Program-made: the position numbers and the translations under genes | Assembly: GCA_963727485.1 (NCBI GenBank) | Contig: CAVSGM010000011.1 | Location: forward strand, 608,001-672,000 | Direction: 5' to 3' | Source of the DNA: an uncultured delta proteobacterium | GTDB lineage: Bacteria; Myxococcota; Myxococcia; SLRQ01 | DNA: 64,000 nt | In this document: one piece after another, positions 22,684-31,962 of the stretch | Layout: every line of letters begins with the position of its first letter | Position numbering within the stretch: the first letter of the stretch is position 1 | The notes under the pieces: generated by a model | Told to the model about the DNA's origin: nothing | Databases searched by the model: none | What the model saw: only the letters and a program-made list of their open reading frames with translations

Positions 22684-23145
22684 CTAGAAACGGAAGAGGG
22701 GGCGCGCCGCGGCCATCCCCGGCCAGGGGATGCCCACCAGGAAGAGCCCCAGGCCGACGGTGAAGAAGATCGCCGCGCGCTTGAACTTGGCCACGTCGAC
22801 GGCCGCCCGCTTGGAGAGGGCCTGGCCCAGGTGCACCATCACGATGGCGACGAGCATGATCCCGATGTGCTCCACGGCCCAGAAGCGCAGCTGGTCGTTC
22901 TTCATGGCCGCGCCGAAGTCGTGGAACGCCAGCTTGGTCGCCGGGCTCAGGGCCACGTAGAGGATGAGGCCCAACAGGAGCTGGATGTCCACGGAGATCA
23001 CCAGGAAGGTGTTGATGCGCTTCTGGGTGGGGCCCCAGGTGCGCCCGCCGAGCCAGCCGGACCAGTTGGTGATCACGGCGGTGAGGGCCAGGGCGAGGAC
23101 GATCCAGCGGAAGAGGGAGTGGACGACCAGGAAGGCGGTGTACAC
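22684..23145 (-). CDS. Four-TM membrane protein with conserved His (cytochrome b-like hypothetical)
   Basis: HSLFRW, DIQLLLGLILY, RFWAVEH, VHLG, IPWP; GTG start inferred. Confidence 0.7.
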   Translation of the reverse strand: MYTAFLVVHSLFRWIVLALALTAVITNWSGWLGGRTWGPTQKRINTFLVISVDIQLLLGLILYVALSPATKLAFHDFGAAMKNDQLRFWAVEHIGIMLVAIVMVHLGQALSKRAAVDVAKFKRAAIFFTVGLGLFLVGIPWPGMAAARPLFRF

Positions 23146-23233
23146 GGGGGGATCCTTTCGGGAGTGGGTCCCGGGGAAATGGCACGCGCCACGCCGGGCG
23201 GGAAGGGTCGGTGGGGGGATGGCGCCGCAGCGC

Positions 23234-24712
23234 CTAGGCGTGGGCCTCCTGGGCCGGGGGCTCGGCGGCGGCGTCCCCGGTGTCGCCGTGCCCCTCCCGG
23301 GCGTGGGCGGCGCGGACGGCCTCGAGCTCGCGTTGGCGCCCCTTGAGGCCCAGGGCGAGGACGGCCATGACCCCGGCGACGACCAGGATGACCATGAAGG
23401 CGTGCTGGTAGCCCTCGGTGCCGCCACCCGAGGAGGCGACCACGGCGCCGATGAGGGCGGCGCTGACGACCTGGCCCACGCCGGTGAACACGGTGATGAG
23501 CGCCTGGCCGGCGCCGCGCTCCTCGGCGGGGGCCTCGGCCAGGAGGATGTAGCGCAGCGGCGCCCCGAGGAGGCTGGCCAGCCCGAAGCCGATGAGCACC
23601 TCGGCGACGTAGAAGAGGGCCAGGTGCCCGGCGAAGCGGGCGAGGATCCAGAGGCCGGCGGTGAGGATGACCAGGCCGGTGAGGATCACGGGCTTGGAGC
23701 CGATCTTGTCGAGGAGGCGGCCGACCACCGGCGAGCCGAAGCCCATGGCCACGACCACCGGCAGCAGCATGAACGCCGCGGCGGAGTGGCCCACGCCCAG
23801 GCTGTGGACGGCGAAGCCCGGGAGGAACACCATGCCCGCCTCGCCGAGGCCGGCGCCGGCGGCGAACACGGCGACCAGCGCCACCTGCCGCGAGTTGAGG
23901 AGGCCCGGCCGCAGCACCGGGTCCTTGGCCCGGCGCTCCACCGGGAGGAACGCCACCAGGAACACCACCGCGCCGGCGAGGAGCGGCCAGACCTCGGGGC
24001 GGGCGAGGCTCTGCCACAGGTGGCTGGCGTCGATGGCGCTGACGCCGAGGGTCAGGGCGGTGAGCCCGATGCCGAGGACGATGATGCCGGCGACGTCGAG
24101 GGGCTGCTTCTCCTCGGCGGTGGTGCTCGGCAGCACCCGGGCGCTCATCACCGCGAGGATGGCGGCGACGGGGATGTTGATCACGAAGAGCCAGCGCCAC
24201 CCGAGGAGCAGCAGCACCCCGCCGATGATGGGCCCGATGAGAAAGGCGATGCCGAACACGGCCCCGATGAGCCCGAGCGCCCCGCCGCGCTTCTCGGGCG
24301 GGAAGGTGTCGCCGATGACGGCGCTGGCCACCGGGAAGATGCCGCCGGCGCCGAGGCCCTGCACCCCGCGGCCCACCAGGAGCACGGTGTAGTTCGGCGC
24401 CGCGGCGACGATGGCCGAGCCCACGCCGAAGAGGAGCACGTCGGCGACGTAGACCCAGCGGCGGCCCCAGACGTCGGAGAGCTTCGCCATGATCGGCGTG
24501 CCCACCAGGTTGAGGAGCACGAAGACGGTGAAGATCCACGACGCGGCGCGCTCGCCGATGCCGAAGTACTGGCGCAGCGCCGGCAGCGCTGGGCCGACGA
24601 TGGCGATGTCGAGGGCGCCCATGAGGACGCCGAAGAAGAGCAGGGTGAGCACGCGCTTGGTGGAAGCGGGTGCCTGGGTGTCGGGAGCCTTCGGGGGCTT
24701 GGGCTCGGCCAT
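23234..24712 (-). CDS. MFS drug/H+ antiporter (DHA2-like)
   Basis: ALDIAIV, KLSDVWGRR, GRGVQGLGAG, GPIIGG, WRWLFVINIP. Confidence 0.93.
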   Translation of the reverse strand: MAEPKPPKAPDTQAPASTKRVLTLLFFGVLMGALDIAIVGPALPALRQYFGIGERAASWIFTVFVLLNLVGTPIMAKLSDVWGRRWVYVADVLLFGVGSAIVAAAPNYTVLLVGRGVQGLGAGGIFPVASAVIGDTFPPEKRGGALGLIGAVFGIAFLIGPIIGGVLLLLGWRWLFVINIPVAAILAVMSARVLPSTTAEEKQPLDVAGIIVLGIGLTALTLGVSAIDASHLWQSLARPEVWPLLAGAVVFLVAFLPVERRAKDPVLRPGLLNSRQVALVAVFAAGAGLGEAGMVFLPGFAVHSLGVGHSAAAFMLLPVVVAMGFGSPVVGRLLDKIGSKPVILTGLVILTAGLWILARFAGHLALFYVAEVLIGFGLASLLGAPLRYILLAEAPAEERGAGQALITVFTGVGQVVSAALIGAVVASSGGGTEGYQHAFMVILVVAGVMAVLALGLKGRQRELEAVRAAHAREGHGDTGDAAAEPPAQEAHA

Positions 24713-24845
24713 GATGCGTCTCCGGGTGGGGCCCGATGCTCGGGGCCGCTAATTATCGGGGGCGATACATAGGCCTGGACGCCCCCGGGTGCAAGGGGGC
24801 ACGCGGTCGCCCGGAGTGGTCGCAGGGTCGGGTGCCGCGGCCGGC

Positions 24846-25299
24846 TCACCCGCCCGCGGGGTGGTTCGCCCGGTAGTTTCGGATGCACTTCTCCTTGACC
24901 AGCCAGATTCTGGTCGCGGCAGCCCTTGGGCAGCTTCGCGTCGGGGAAGTGGTCGAGGTCGGTGCACTCGTAGCCGATGGACTTGCGCATCCGGGGCGCC
25001 GGCTTCCCGTCGACGGAGAAGTCCAGGATCGCCTGGAGCGACAGGCCCTTCGGCCGGGTGATGCACAGCTGGTGCATCTGGTCGGTGACCAGGTCCTTGC
25101 AGCTCGCGCCGCCCTTGGGGGCGGTGGTCCCCGCGGCGAGCTGCTTGCCCAGGCGCACCTTCATCGTCGCCGGGTCGAAGCCCTTGGCGAGGTGGATGGT
25201 GTAGTGGCACGTGATCTTGGGCTTGCCCGCGGTGGCGGGCCGGAGGGCAAGCGCGGTCGTGAGGCTGGTCAGGGCCAGGAGCAAACTCTTGCGGGTCAT
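24846..25299 (-). CDS. Small secreted Cys-rich hypothetical protein (+1 frameshift at 24906-24910)
   Basis: Signal peptide MTRKSLLLALTSLTTALAL; GGAGG RBS; ATGA overlap; removing one base gives ...CRDQIWLVKEKCIRNYRANHPAGG*. Confidence 0.6.
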
Positions 25300-26711
25300 C
25301 GCTGTCCTCCCTTGGGCGGCGATCGGGTAGCGACGAGGCGAGGCCGCGTCGCGGAGCGTCGGCGGGGCTGGGTCCGGTGCCAGAGGCCATCGGGCGCCAC
25401 GGTCCCGTGCTCCAGGCTCCGCCACAGGTCCTCGGCCCAGGGGCGATCTGCCTCCTGGGCGAAGTAGACGGTCACCTCGCAGAGGTTGTCCTCGACGGCC
25501 ATGCGTCCTTCGAGGCGGAAGTGGGCCGGCCGGTCCCGGGTCGCCGCATGGTGCCGCACGGCGGCGCGGCCCAGGTGTCCCGGGCCGACATGCCACACGG
25601 ACTCGGGGGCCATGGGGACCATCGTCACGAGCTCCTCGGCGGTCCGGGGACGGGTGCCCGCGCCGCCGAAGCCCACGGTCACCAGGCGCACGGTCCGGTC
25701 CTGGAACCAGAAGACCATCCCCTCGCCCTTGCCGTCGACGCCGTCGTAGAAGTAGCCGGGCAGGTGCACCTGCCAGCCCCCCGGGAGCGGCATCCGCACC
25801 GGGCCCCGGCGGAAGCCGAGCCCCTCGGGGCGCGGCGGCGCCACGGCGGCCCCGGGGGCGAGGAGACCGGTGAGCTCCTGGAGCTCCGCCTCGGGGAGCG
25901 CGCGGCCAGGGTCCAGGGCCCGGGCCCGGGCGAAGGCGTCGAGGACGATCTGGTAGAGACCCCGCTCGCGGGCGTCGGGCGGGACGTGCCACCCGACCTC
26001 GGTCACCGCCAGGACCCGGCCCACGCCCTCCCAGAACCTCGCGTCCCGGGCCGGCTGCCACCAGGGGAGAAAGCGTGCGGCGAGCTCCAGCCGCTCGTCG
26101 GCGTCGGCCTTGGCGAGCGCCTCCACGAACGCCGGATCCCAGAGGCCGGTGACGCTCGCCACCTTCCCGGGGACCCCCGTCGGGATCGCCGCCAGGGGTG
26201 GCAGACCCACGCACAGGGCCGAGCCCTTCGGGTCCTGGCGCTGCTCCGGGAGCACGTCGTCGCGGAGGTGGCGGGCCAGGGCCGCCAGCCGGGTCGCGTG
26301 CAGGCGCTGGAGCCGGGCCAGGTCGCGGTGCGTCCGGTAGCCGGTGGGGTCGCCTCCGTGGGGCGCCTCGGCCTGCCAGGTGAACCCGAGGTGCTCCGCC
26401 AGGCGATCGAGCCACTCGACGAGGTAGACGTGGTACCCCGGCCCGGCGGCGGAGGTGGCCGCCGAGACCTTGAGCACGTCCCGACCTTCGGGGGTGAAGA
26501 TCACCGGCTCCTCGGCGGGGTGGAGCTGGAGCAGCAGCTCGCCAGGGCTCGCCTGGACCCGGACCAGCCGCGAGAGGTGAGGCTCGCCAGGGCCACGGGC
26601 GAACGCCTCGATCTCCGCGGCGACCTCGGACCAGGGCCGGCGCCGACGTGCCGACCGGCGGCCCCGCAGCTCGATGCGGATGGCGGCGCGGGGCTCGAGC
26701 GCGACGGACAT
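25296..26711 (-). CDS. Hypothetical protein, paralogue A
   Basis: ATG 26711 after GAGGAGG; shares LHPAEE, AGPGYH, GDxTGY, RFxPWW, GFRRG, LPGGW, LPGYF with the adjacent gene. Confidence 0.8.
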   Translation of the reverse strand: MSVALEPRAAIRIELRGRRSARRRRPWSEVAAEIEAFARGPGEPHLSRLVRVQASPGELLLQLHPAEEPVIFTPEGRDVLKVSAATSAAGPGYHVYLVEWLDRLAEHLGFTWQAEAPHGGDPTGYRTHRDLARLQRLHATRLAALARHLRDDVLPEQRQDPKGSALCVGLPPLAAIPTGVPGKVASVTGLWDPAFVEALAKADADERLELAARFLPWWQPARDARFWEGVGRVLAVTEVGWHVPPDARERGLYQIVLDAFARARALDPGRALPEAELQELTGLLAPGAAVAPPRPEGLGFRRGPVRMPLPGGWQVHLPGYFYDGVDGKGEGMVFWFQDRTVRLVTVGFGGAGTRPRTAEELVTMVPMAPESVWHVGPGHLGRAAVRHHAATRDRPAHFRLEGRMAVEDNLCEVTVYFAQEADRPWAEDLWRSLEHGTVAPDGLWHRTQPRRRSATRPRLVATRSPPKGGQR

Positions 26712-26781
26712 GGCCTCCTCCTCACGAGGATGGGACCACGGGGCCGACTCGTCCGCCAGGTCCTGGATCACATCTGCCGGC

Positions 26782-28084
26782 TCACCCGCTCTCGAAGGCG
26801 ACGCTGCGCCAGACCTCGAGGGCCCAGTCGCGGTCGGCCTCATCGGCGAAGGCGACGGTGAGGAAGAGCCGCGCGTCGTCCGCCGCGTCCTCGGCGACGA
26901 TCCGCCCGTGGAGGACCCACCATGCCTTCCCCTCGTCGTCGGTGTCGCGGAAGACCGAGGCGAAGCCGATGGTGCTCTCGGTGTGGTGCCACTCGGCGTT
27001 CTCGGGCGGGTCGAGCTCGCGGAGGATCGCCTCGAGGGGCCTCTGGTCCGAACCGTCCCGCGGGCTGGCCACGGCGGTGACGCTCACCTGCCGGTCGCCG
27101 AACCAGAAGCGCGCGGTCTCGTCGGGGACCGCGTAGTCCTCGTGGAAGTACCCGGGGAGGCGGACACGCCAGCCGCCGGGGAGCGGCAGGTTCACCTCGC
27201 CCCGGCGGAAGCCGATGCCGGTGGGCGAAGGCGGCGTGTCCTCGGCGGCGTCGGAGAGGAGGCGATGGAGCTCGGAGACCTCGGCCGCCGGCGGGACCCG
27301 CGCGGGGTCGAGCGCCTGGGCGCGCTCGAAGCTGTCGAGGACCAGCCGGTAGAGGTCCCGGTCGGCCTCGGTGGTCGCCGGGCGCCAGGCGACCCGGGTC
27401 CACGCCAAAGACCGCGCCACGCCGTCCCAGAACCCGGCGCCGGTCCCCCGCTCCCACCAGGGGAAGAAGCGCGCGGCGAGGAGCTGGGCGGTGTCCTCGT
27501 CGGCGACGGCCAGGGCGTGGAAGTACGCCTCGTCGAGGTAGCCGAGGCACGCCGCCAGGCCCTGGGGCGCCCGGGCGGGCTGGGGTGCGCTCGAGAGGAG
27601 GCCCAGGGCCCACGCGGGCTCCTCGGCCGGATCGCCCTGGCGCCGCGCGAGGTGCTTCGACGAGCCTCCGCGCCAGCCCCCGGAGCCACACCGCGTGCTC
27701 GGCCTGGAGGGCGTCGAAGCTGCGGTGGTCGAGGTAGCCGGTGGCGTCGCCGGCGTCGGGCCCGTCGCCGATCCAGGTGACGCCCAGCGACCGGCCGAGG
27801 TCCTCGAGCCAGCCCACCAGCCAGGCGTGGAAGCCGGGCCCGGCGACGGCGCTTCCGCCCTGGACCACGAGGGCGCCGGTGGAGTCCGGGTAGAAGACCA
27901 CTGACTCCTCGGCGGGGTGCAGGTCGACGTAGAGGACGCCGTCGGCGGCGTCGCAGCGCACCACCCGGGCCAGGAGCGGATCCCCGGTGTGCATCGTGAA
28001 GGCCTCGATGGCCTCGGAGAGCTCGGTCCAGGTGCGTTGGTTCAGGTCTTCATGCGGTACGTGCAGCTTGAGTCCAAGACCCAT
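26782..28084 (-). CDS. Hypothetical protein, paralogue B (+1 frameshift near 27657)
   Basis: N-half in ORF 26840..28084, C-half in the frame of 26782..27420; joined protein is colinear with paralogue A. Confidence 0.78.
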
Positions 28085-28213
28085 GGGTACCTCTAGGGTG
28101 CCGGCGTGCGGTCGCGTCGGCGTCTTGCCCCGCAGAGGGATTGTTTTACCAGGACCGCGGCGTCGCGACTTCGGTCACGCCTTCATGGGGTAGGCTCCCC
28201 TGATACGCCGGGG

Positions 28214-28844
28214 TCAGGCGGCGACCTTTGACCCGGTCTTCTCGCGCACCTCGTCCGCCGTCACCCCGTCGGCGGCCTCGACCAGCCGGAACCCCTCCGG
28301 CGTGCAGTCGAGGACCGCGAGGTCGGTGATCACCCGGTCCACCACGCCCCGCCCGGTGAGCGGGTAGGTGCACTTCTCGAGGAGCTTGTGCTCGCCCTTC
28401 TTGGACACGTGGGTCATCAGGGCGATGACCCGCCGGGCGCCGGTGGCCGAGATCCATGGCCCCGCCGATGCCCATGGTCCGGCCCCCGGGCACCTGCCAG
28501 TTGGCGAGGTCGCCGGCGGCGCTGACCTGCATCGCCCCGAGGACGGCCAGGTCCACGTGCCCGCCGCGGATCATCGCGAACGAGAGCGCCGAGTCGAAGG
28601 TCGACCCGCCGGGGACCACCGTGACCGTCTGCTTCCCGGCGTTGATGAGCTGCGGGTCCGCCTCGTCCTCGAAGGGGAACGGGCCCATGCCCAAGAGCCC
28701 GTTCTCGCTGTGGAACCACACGTCCTGCCCCGGGCCCACCATCCCCGCGACCAGCGTCGGCAGGCCGATGCCCAGGTTCACGACGCTCCCCGGCGCGATC
28801 TCCTTCGCCGCGCGGGCGGCCATCTCTTCCTTGGTCCAGGCCAT
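28214..28844 (-). CDS. 3-oxoacid CoA-transferase subunit B (+1 frameshift near 28449)
   Basis: VNLGIGLPT, catalytic SENG, LINAGKQ, MIRGGH, GGAMDL, CTYPLTG, ITDLAV. Confidence 0.92.
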
Positions 28845-28846
28845 GG

Positions 28847-29575
<729 letters not shown>

Positions 29576-29629
29576 GTGCGCCTCCTGAACGATTGCGCGC
29601 GAAGCGAGAAGCGAAGCGAAGAAGAGAGC

Positions 29630-30898
29630 CTAGGCGAGCGCCTCGCCCACCGCCTCGGCGAGCCCCGCGATCCCCGCCTCCAGGTCGGCGGCGGAGATCA
29701 CCAGCGGCGGCGAGACAATCACGTGCCCCATGGACGGGTACACGTGGGCGTGGATGCGCCGGGCGTGGAGCCCGGCGCGGAGCTTCTTCCACTGGGACGC
29801 GTCGGCGGAAAGATCGAAGGCCCCGAGCAGCCCCTTGCCCCTGACCGCCCGGACCCGCTCCGGGTGCCGCTCGGCCAGGCGCGTGAGCCCGCCCATCAGC
29901 GTCGTCTCGAGCGCCGCCGCCCGGGGGATGAGCCCCTCGTCCTCGTAGAGGCGCATCGCCTCCAGCCCCGCGGCGCAGCCCAGCGGGTGCGCGTAGTTCG
30001 TCAGCCCGGCGAGGAGCACCTTGTCGTCGAAGTGCCGCGCCACCTTCTCGTGGACCAGCACCGCCCCCAGCGGCGCGTAGCCGCCGGTGAGCCCCTTCGC
30101 CAGCGTGATGAGGTCCGGCGTCACCCCGAAGTGCTCGATCCCCAGCCACCGCCCGGTGCGCCCGAAGCCCGTGAGCACCTCGTCGGCGATGAGCAGCGCC
30201 CCCTCGCGATCGCAGGCCTCGCGCACCATCGGCCAGTACTCCGGCGGCGGCACCATCACCCCGTTGGCCCCGGGGATGGTCTCCAGGATCACCGCGCCGA
30301 CGTTGCCCTCCAGGCGCATCACCTCGCCGATGTGGGAGGCGCACTCGCGCGAGCACGTGGAGAGCGTCTTCCCGAAGGGGCAGGCGTGGCACCGGCAGTC
30401 CAGCGCGTGGACCACCCCGGGGATCCCCGGCTCCAGGGGCGGCCGGCGCCAGTCGCCGGAGAGCGTGAGCGCCCCCATGGTGGCCCCGTGGTAGCTGCGG
30501 TAGCGGCTCACCAGCTTGTACCGCCCGGTGACCATCCGGGCGATCTTGATGGCGTTCTCCGTGGCCTCCGCCCCGCCGAGGGTGAAGAAGACCTTGGAGA
30601 AGCCCTCGGGGGCCATCGCCAGGAGCCTGGCGGCCAGCTCGGTCTTCGCCGGGTACACCGCCGTGGGCGGCGCCAGGCACAGCTCGGCGGCCTGGCGCTG
30701 GATCGCCGCGACCATCTTGGGGTGCCCGTGGCCCAGGTTCGCCTGGTACGAGAGCGCCCCCAGGTCGAGCCACTTCCCGCCGTCGGCGGTGAAGAACCAA
30801 GCCCCCTCGCCGCCGGTGAGCTCCACCGGCCGGGCGTCCTGCTGGGCCGTCCAGGTGAAGAAGAAGGGGTGGTCCCCGGGCTGGCTCGGCCGGGTCAC
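29630..30898 (-). CDS. Class-III PLP aminotransferase (omega-amine/taurine-type)
   Basis: GGAEATENAIK, SYHGAT, IADEVLTGFGRTG, PDLITLAKGLTGGY; GTGA overlap. Confidence 0.93.
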   Translation of the reverse strand: MTRPSQPGDHPFFFTWTAQQDARPVELTGGEGAWFFTADGGKWLDLGALSYQANLGHGHPKMVAAIQRQAAELCLAPPTAVYPAKTELAARLLAMAPEGFSKVFFTLGGAEATENAIKIARMVTGRYKLVSRYRSYHGATMGALTLSGDWRRPPLEPGIPGVVHALDCRCHACPFGKTLSTCSRECASHIGEVMRLEGNVGAVILETIPGANGVMVPPPEYWPMVREACDREGALLIADEVLTGFGRTGRWLGIEHFGVTPDLITLAKGLTGGYAPLGAVLVHEKVARHFDDKVLLAGLTNYAHPLGCAAGLEAMRLYEDEGLIPRAAALETTLMGGLTRLAERHPERVRAVRGKGLLGAFDLSADASQWKKLRAGLHARRIHAHVYPSMGHVIVSPPLVISAADLEAGIAGLAEAVGEALA

Positions 30899-31962
30899 GG
30901 CGAGGCCTCCAGGGAGAAGATCTCCGGCCGGACGTGGTGGATGAGCCCCGCGGCGGCCAGCGCCTCGCCCCGGGAGAGGTCCATCACCATCGCCCCGCAG
31001 GTCGCCGACCGGTGCGGCTCCGTCGCCGTCGCCAGGTACCCGCACACCGCCCCGGGCCACCCCTCGGTGGACCCCAGGCGCCCCCAGAGGTCGTGGGCGT
31101 CGGCCAGCGGCCTCTCCGAGAGGCTCGCGGAGATGGCGTCGTAGCGCGCCTGGGTCGAGCTCACCGGCGCCACCGAGCTCACCGAGGCGACCTCGGGATC
31201 GAGGCAGTGGTCGGTGTGCACGAACCAGTCGGCGCCGCCGTCGTAGACCACCTTGCGCAGCCGCCCGCTGGTCTCGATGCCGAACGCTCCGTCCGCTCCG
31301 GCCACCAGGTAGTGGTGCCCCGAGCCCACCGGCGCCGAGAGGATGTGGTCGCGGGCGCCCTCCGCCGTGCGCGTGAGCAGCGCCCCGCGCACCAGCGCCG
31401 GCCACACCACCCCCACCTTGGCGTCGTTGGACCGCAGGTTGTTGATGGTCACCGCCACCCCGGCGTCGTTGAGGCCGGTCATGCCCAGGCAGCCCACGAG
31501 GCTGAAGAGCCAGGCCCCGGGCTGGTCCCCGGCGGACGGCACCCGGAGCATCATCACGAAGGGGATGGCGCTGGCGTGCATGTCCCAGGTCTGCCCCAGC
31601 ACCGGCCCGCTCGGCGTCCGGGCGAACGCCGCGGTGCACCCGCCGTCGTCCCCGGGCGCCGCCGGGTCGAGGTCCCGCAGGTCCGTGTAGTGGTTGAGCA
31701 CCACGATCTCCGCCGGGGTCCGCCCGCTGCCGTCGGCGATGCCCATCAGCTCGGCGTAGAGGTCGGGGTGGTAGTGCTCCAGCACCGGCAGGTGCCGCGC
31801 GGCGATCCCCAGGACCGTGGCGTCGTCGGGGAACTGGCCGATGGTCCGGGTGAGGTGCACCCGCAGGTCCACCAGGCTGCCGATCTCGTGGCGGAACGCC
31901 TCGCCGTGGATCCGCCCGCGCTCCACGGGCGGCGCGTCGTCGGGGAGCTCGAGGATGCGCAT
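30895..31962 (-). CDS. Peptidase C45 / acyl-CoA:amine acyltransferase family Ntn-hydrolase
   Basis: ERGRIHG, ELMGIADG, autocleavage GG|CT, GQTWD, GLNDAGVAV; TGATG overlap. Confidence 0.88.
   Translation of the reverse strand: MRILELPDDAPPVERGRIHGEAFRHEIGSLVDLRVHLTRTIGQFPDDATVLGIAARHLPVLEHYHPDLYAELMGIADGSGRTPAEIVVLNHYTDLRDLDPAAPGDDGGCTAAFARTPSGPVLGQTWDMHASAIPFVMMLRVPSAGDQPGAWLFSLVGCLGMTGLNDAGVAVTINNLRSNDAKVGVVWPALVRGALLTRTAEGARDHILSAPVGSGHHYLVAGADGAFGIETSGRLRKVVYDGGADWFVHTDHCLDPEVASVSSVAPVSSTQARYDAISASLSERPLADAHDLWGRLGSTEGWPGAVCGYLATATEPHRSATCGAMVMDLSRGEALAAAGLIHHVRPEIFSLEASP

Noticed and set aside
23180..23195. Sigma54-like TGGCACG-N4-ACGC on the plus strand
   Set aside because: It points antisense into the MFS gene with no plausible plus-strand gene, and the -12 match is poor.
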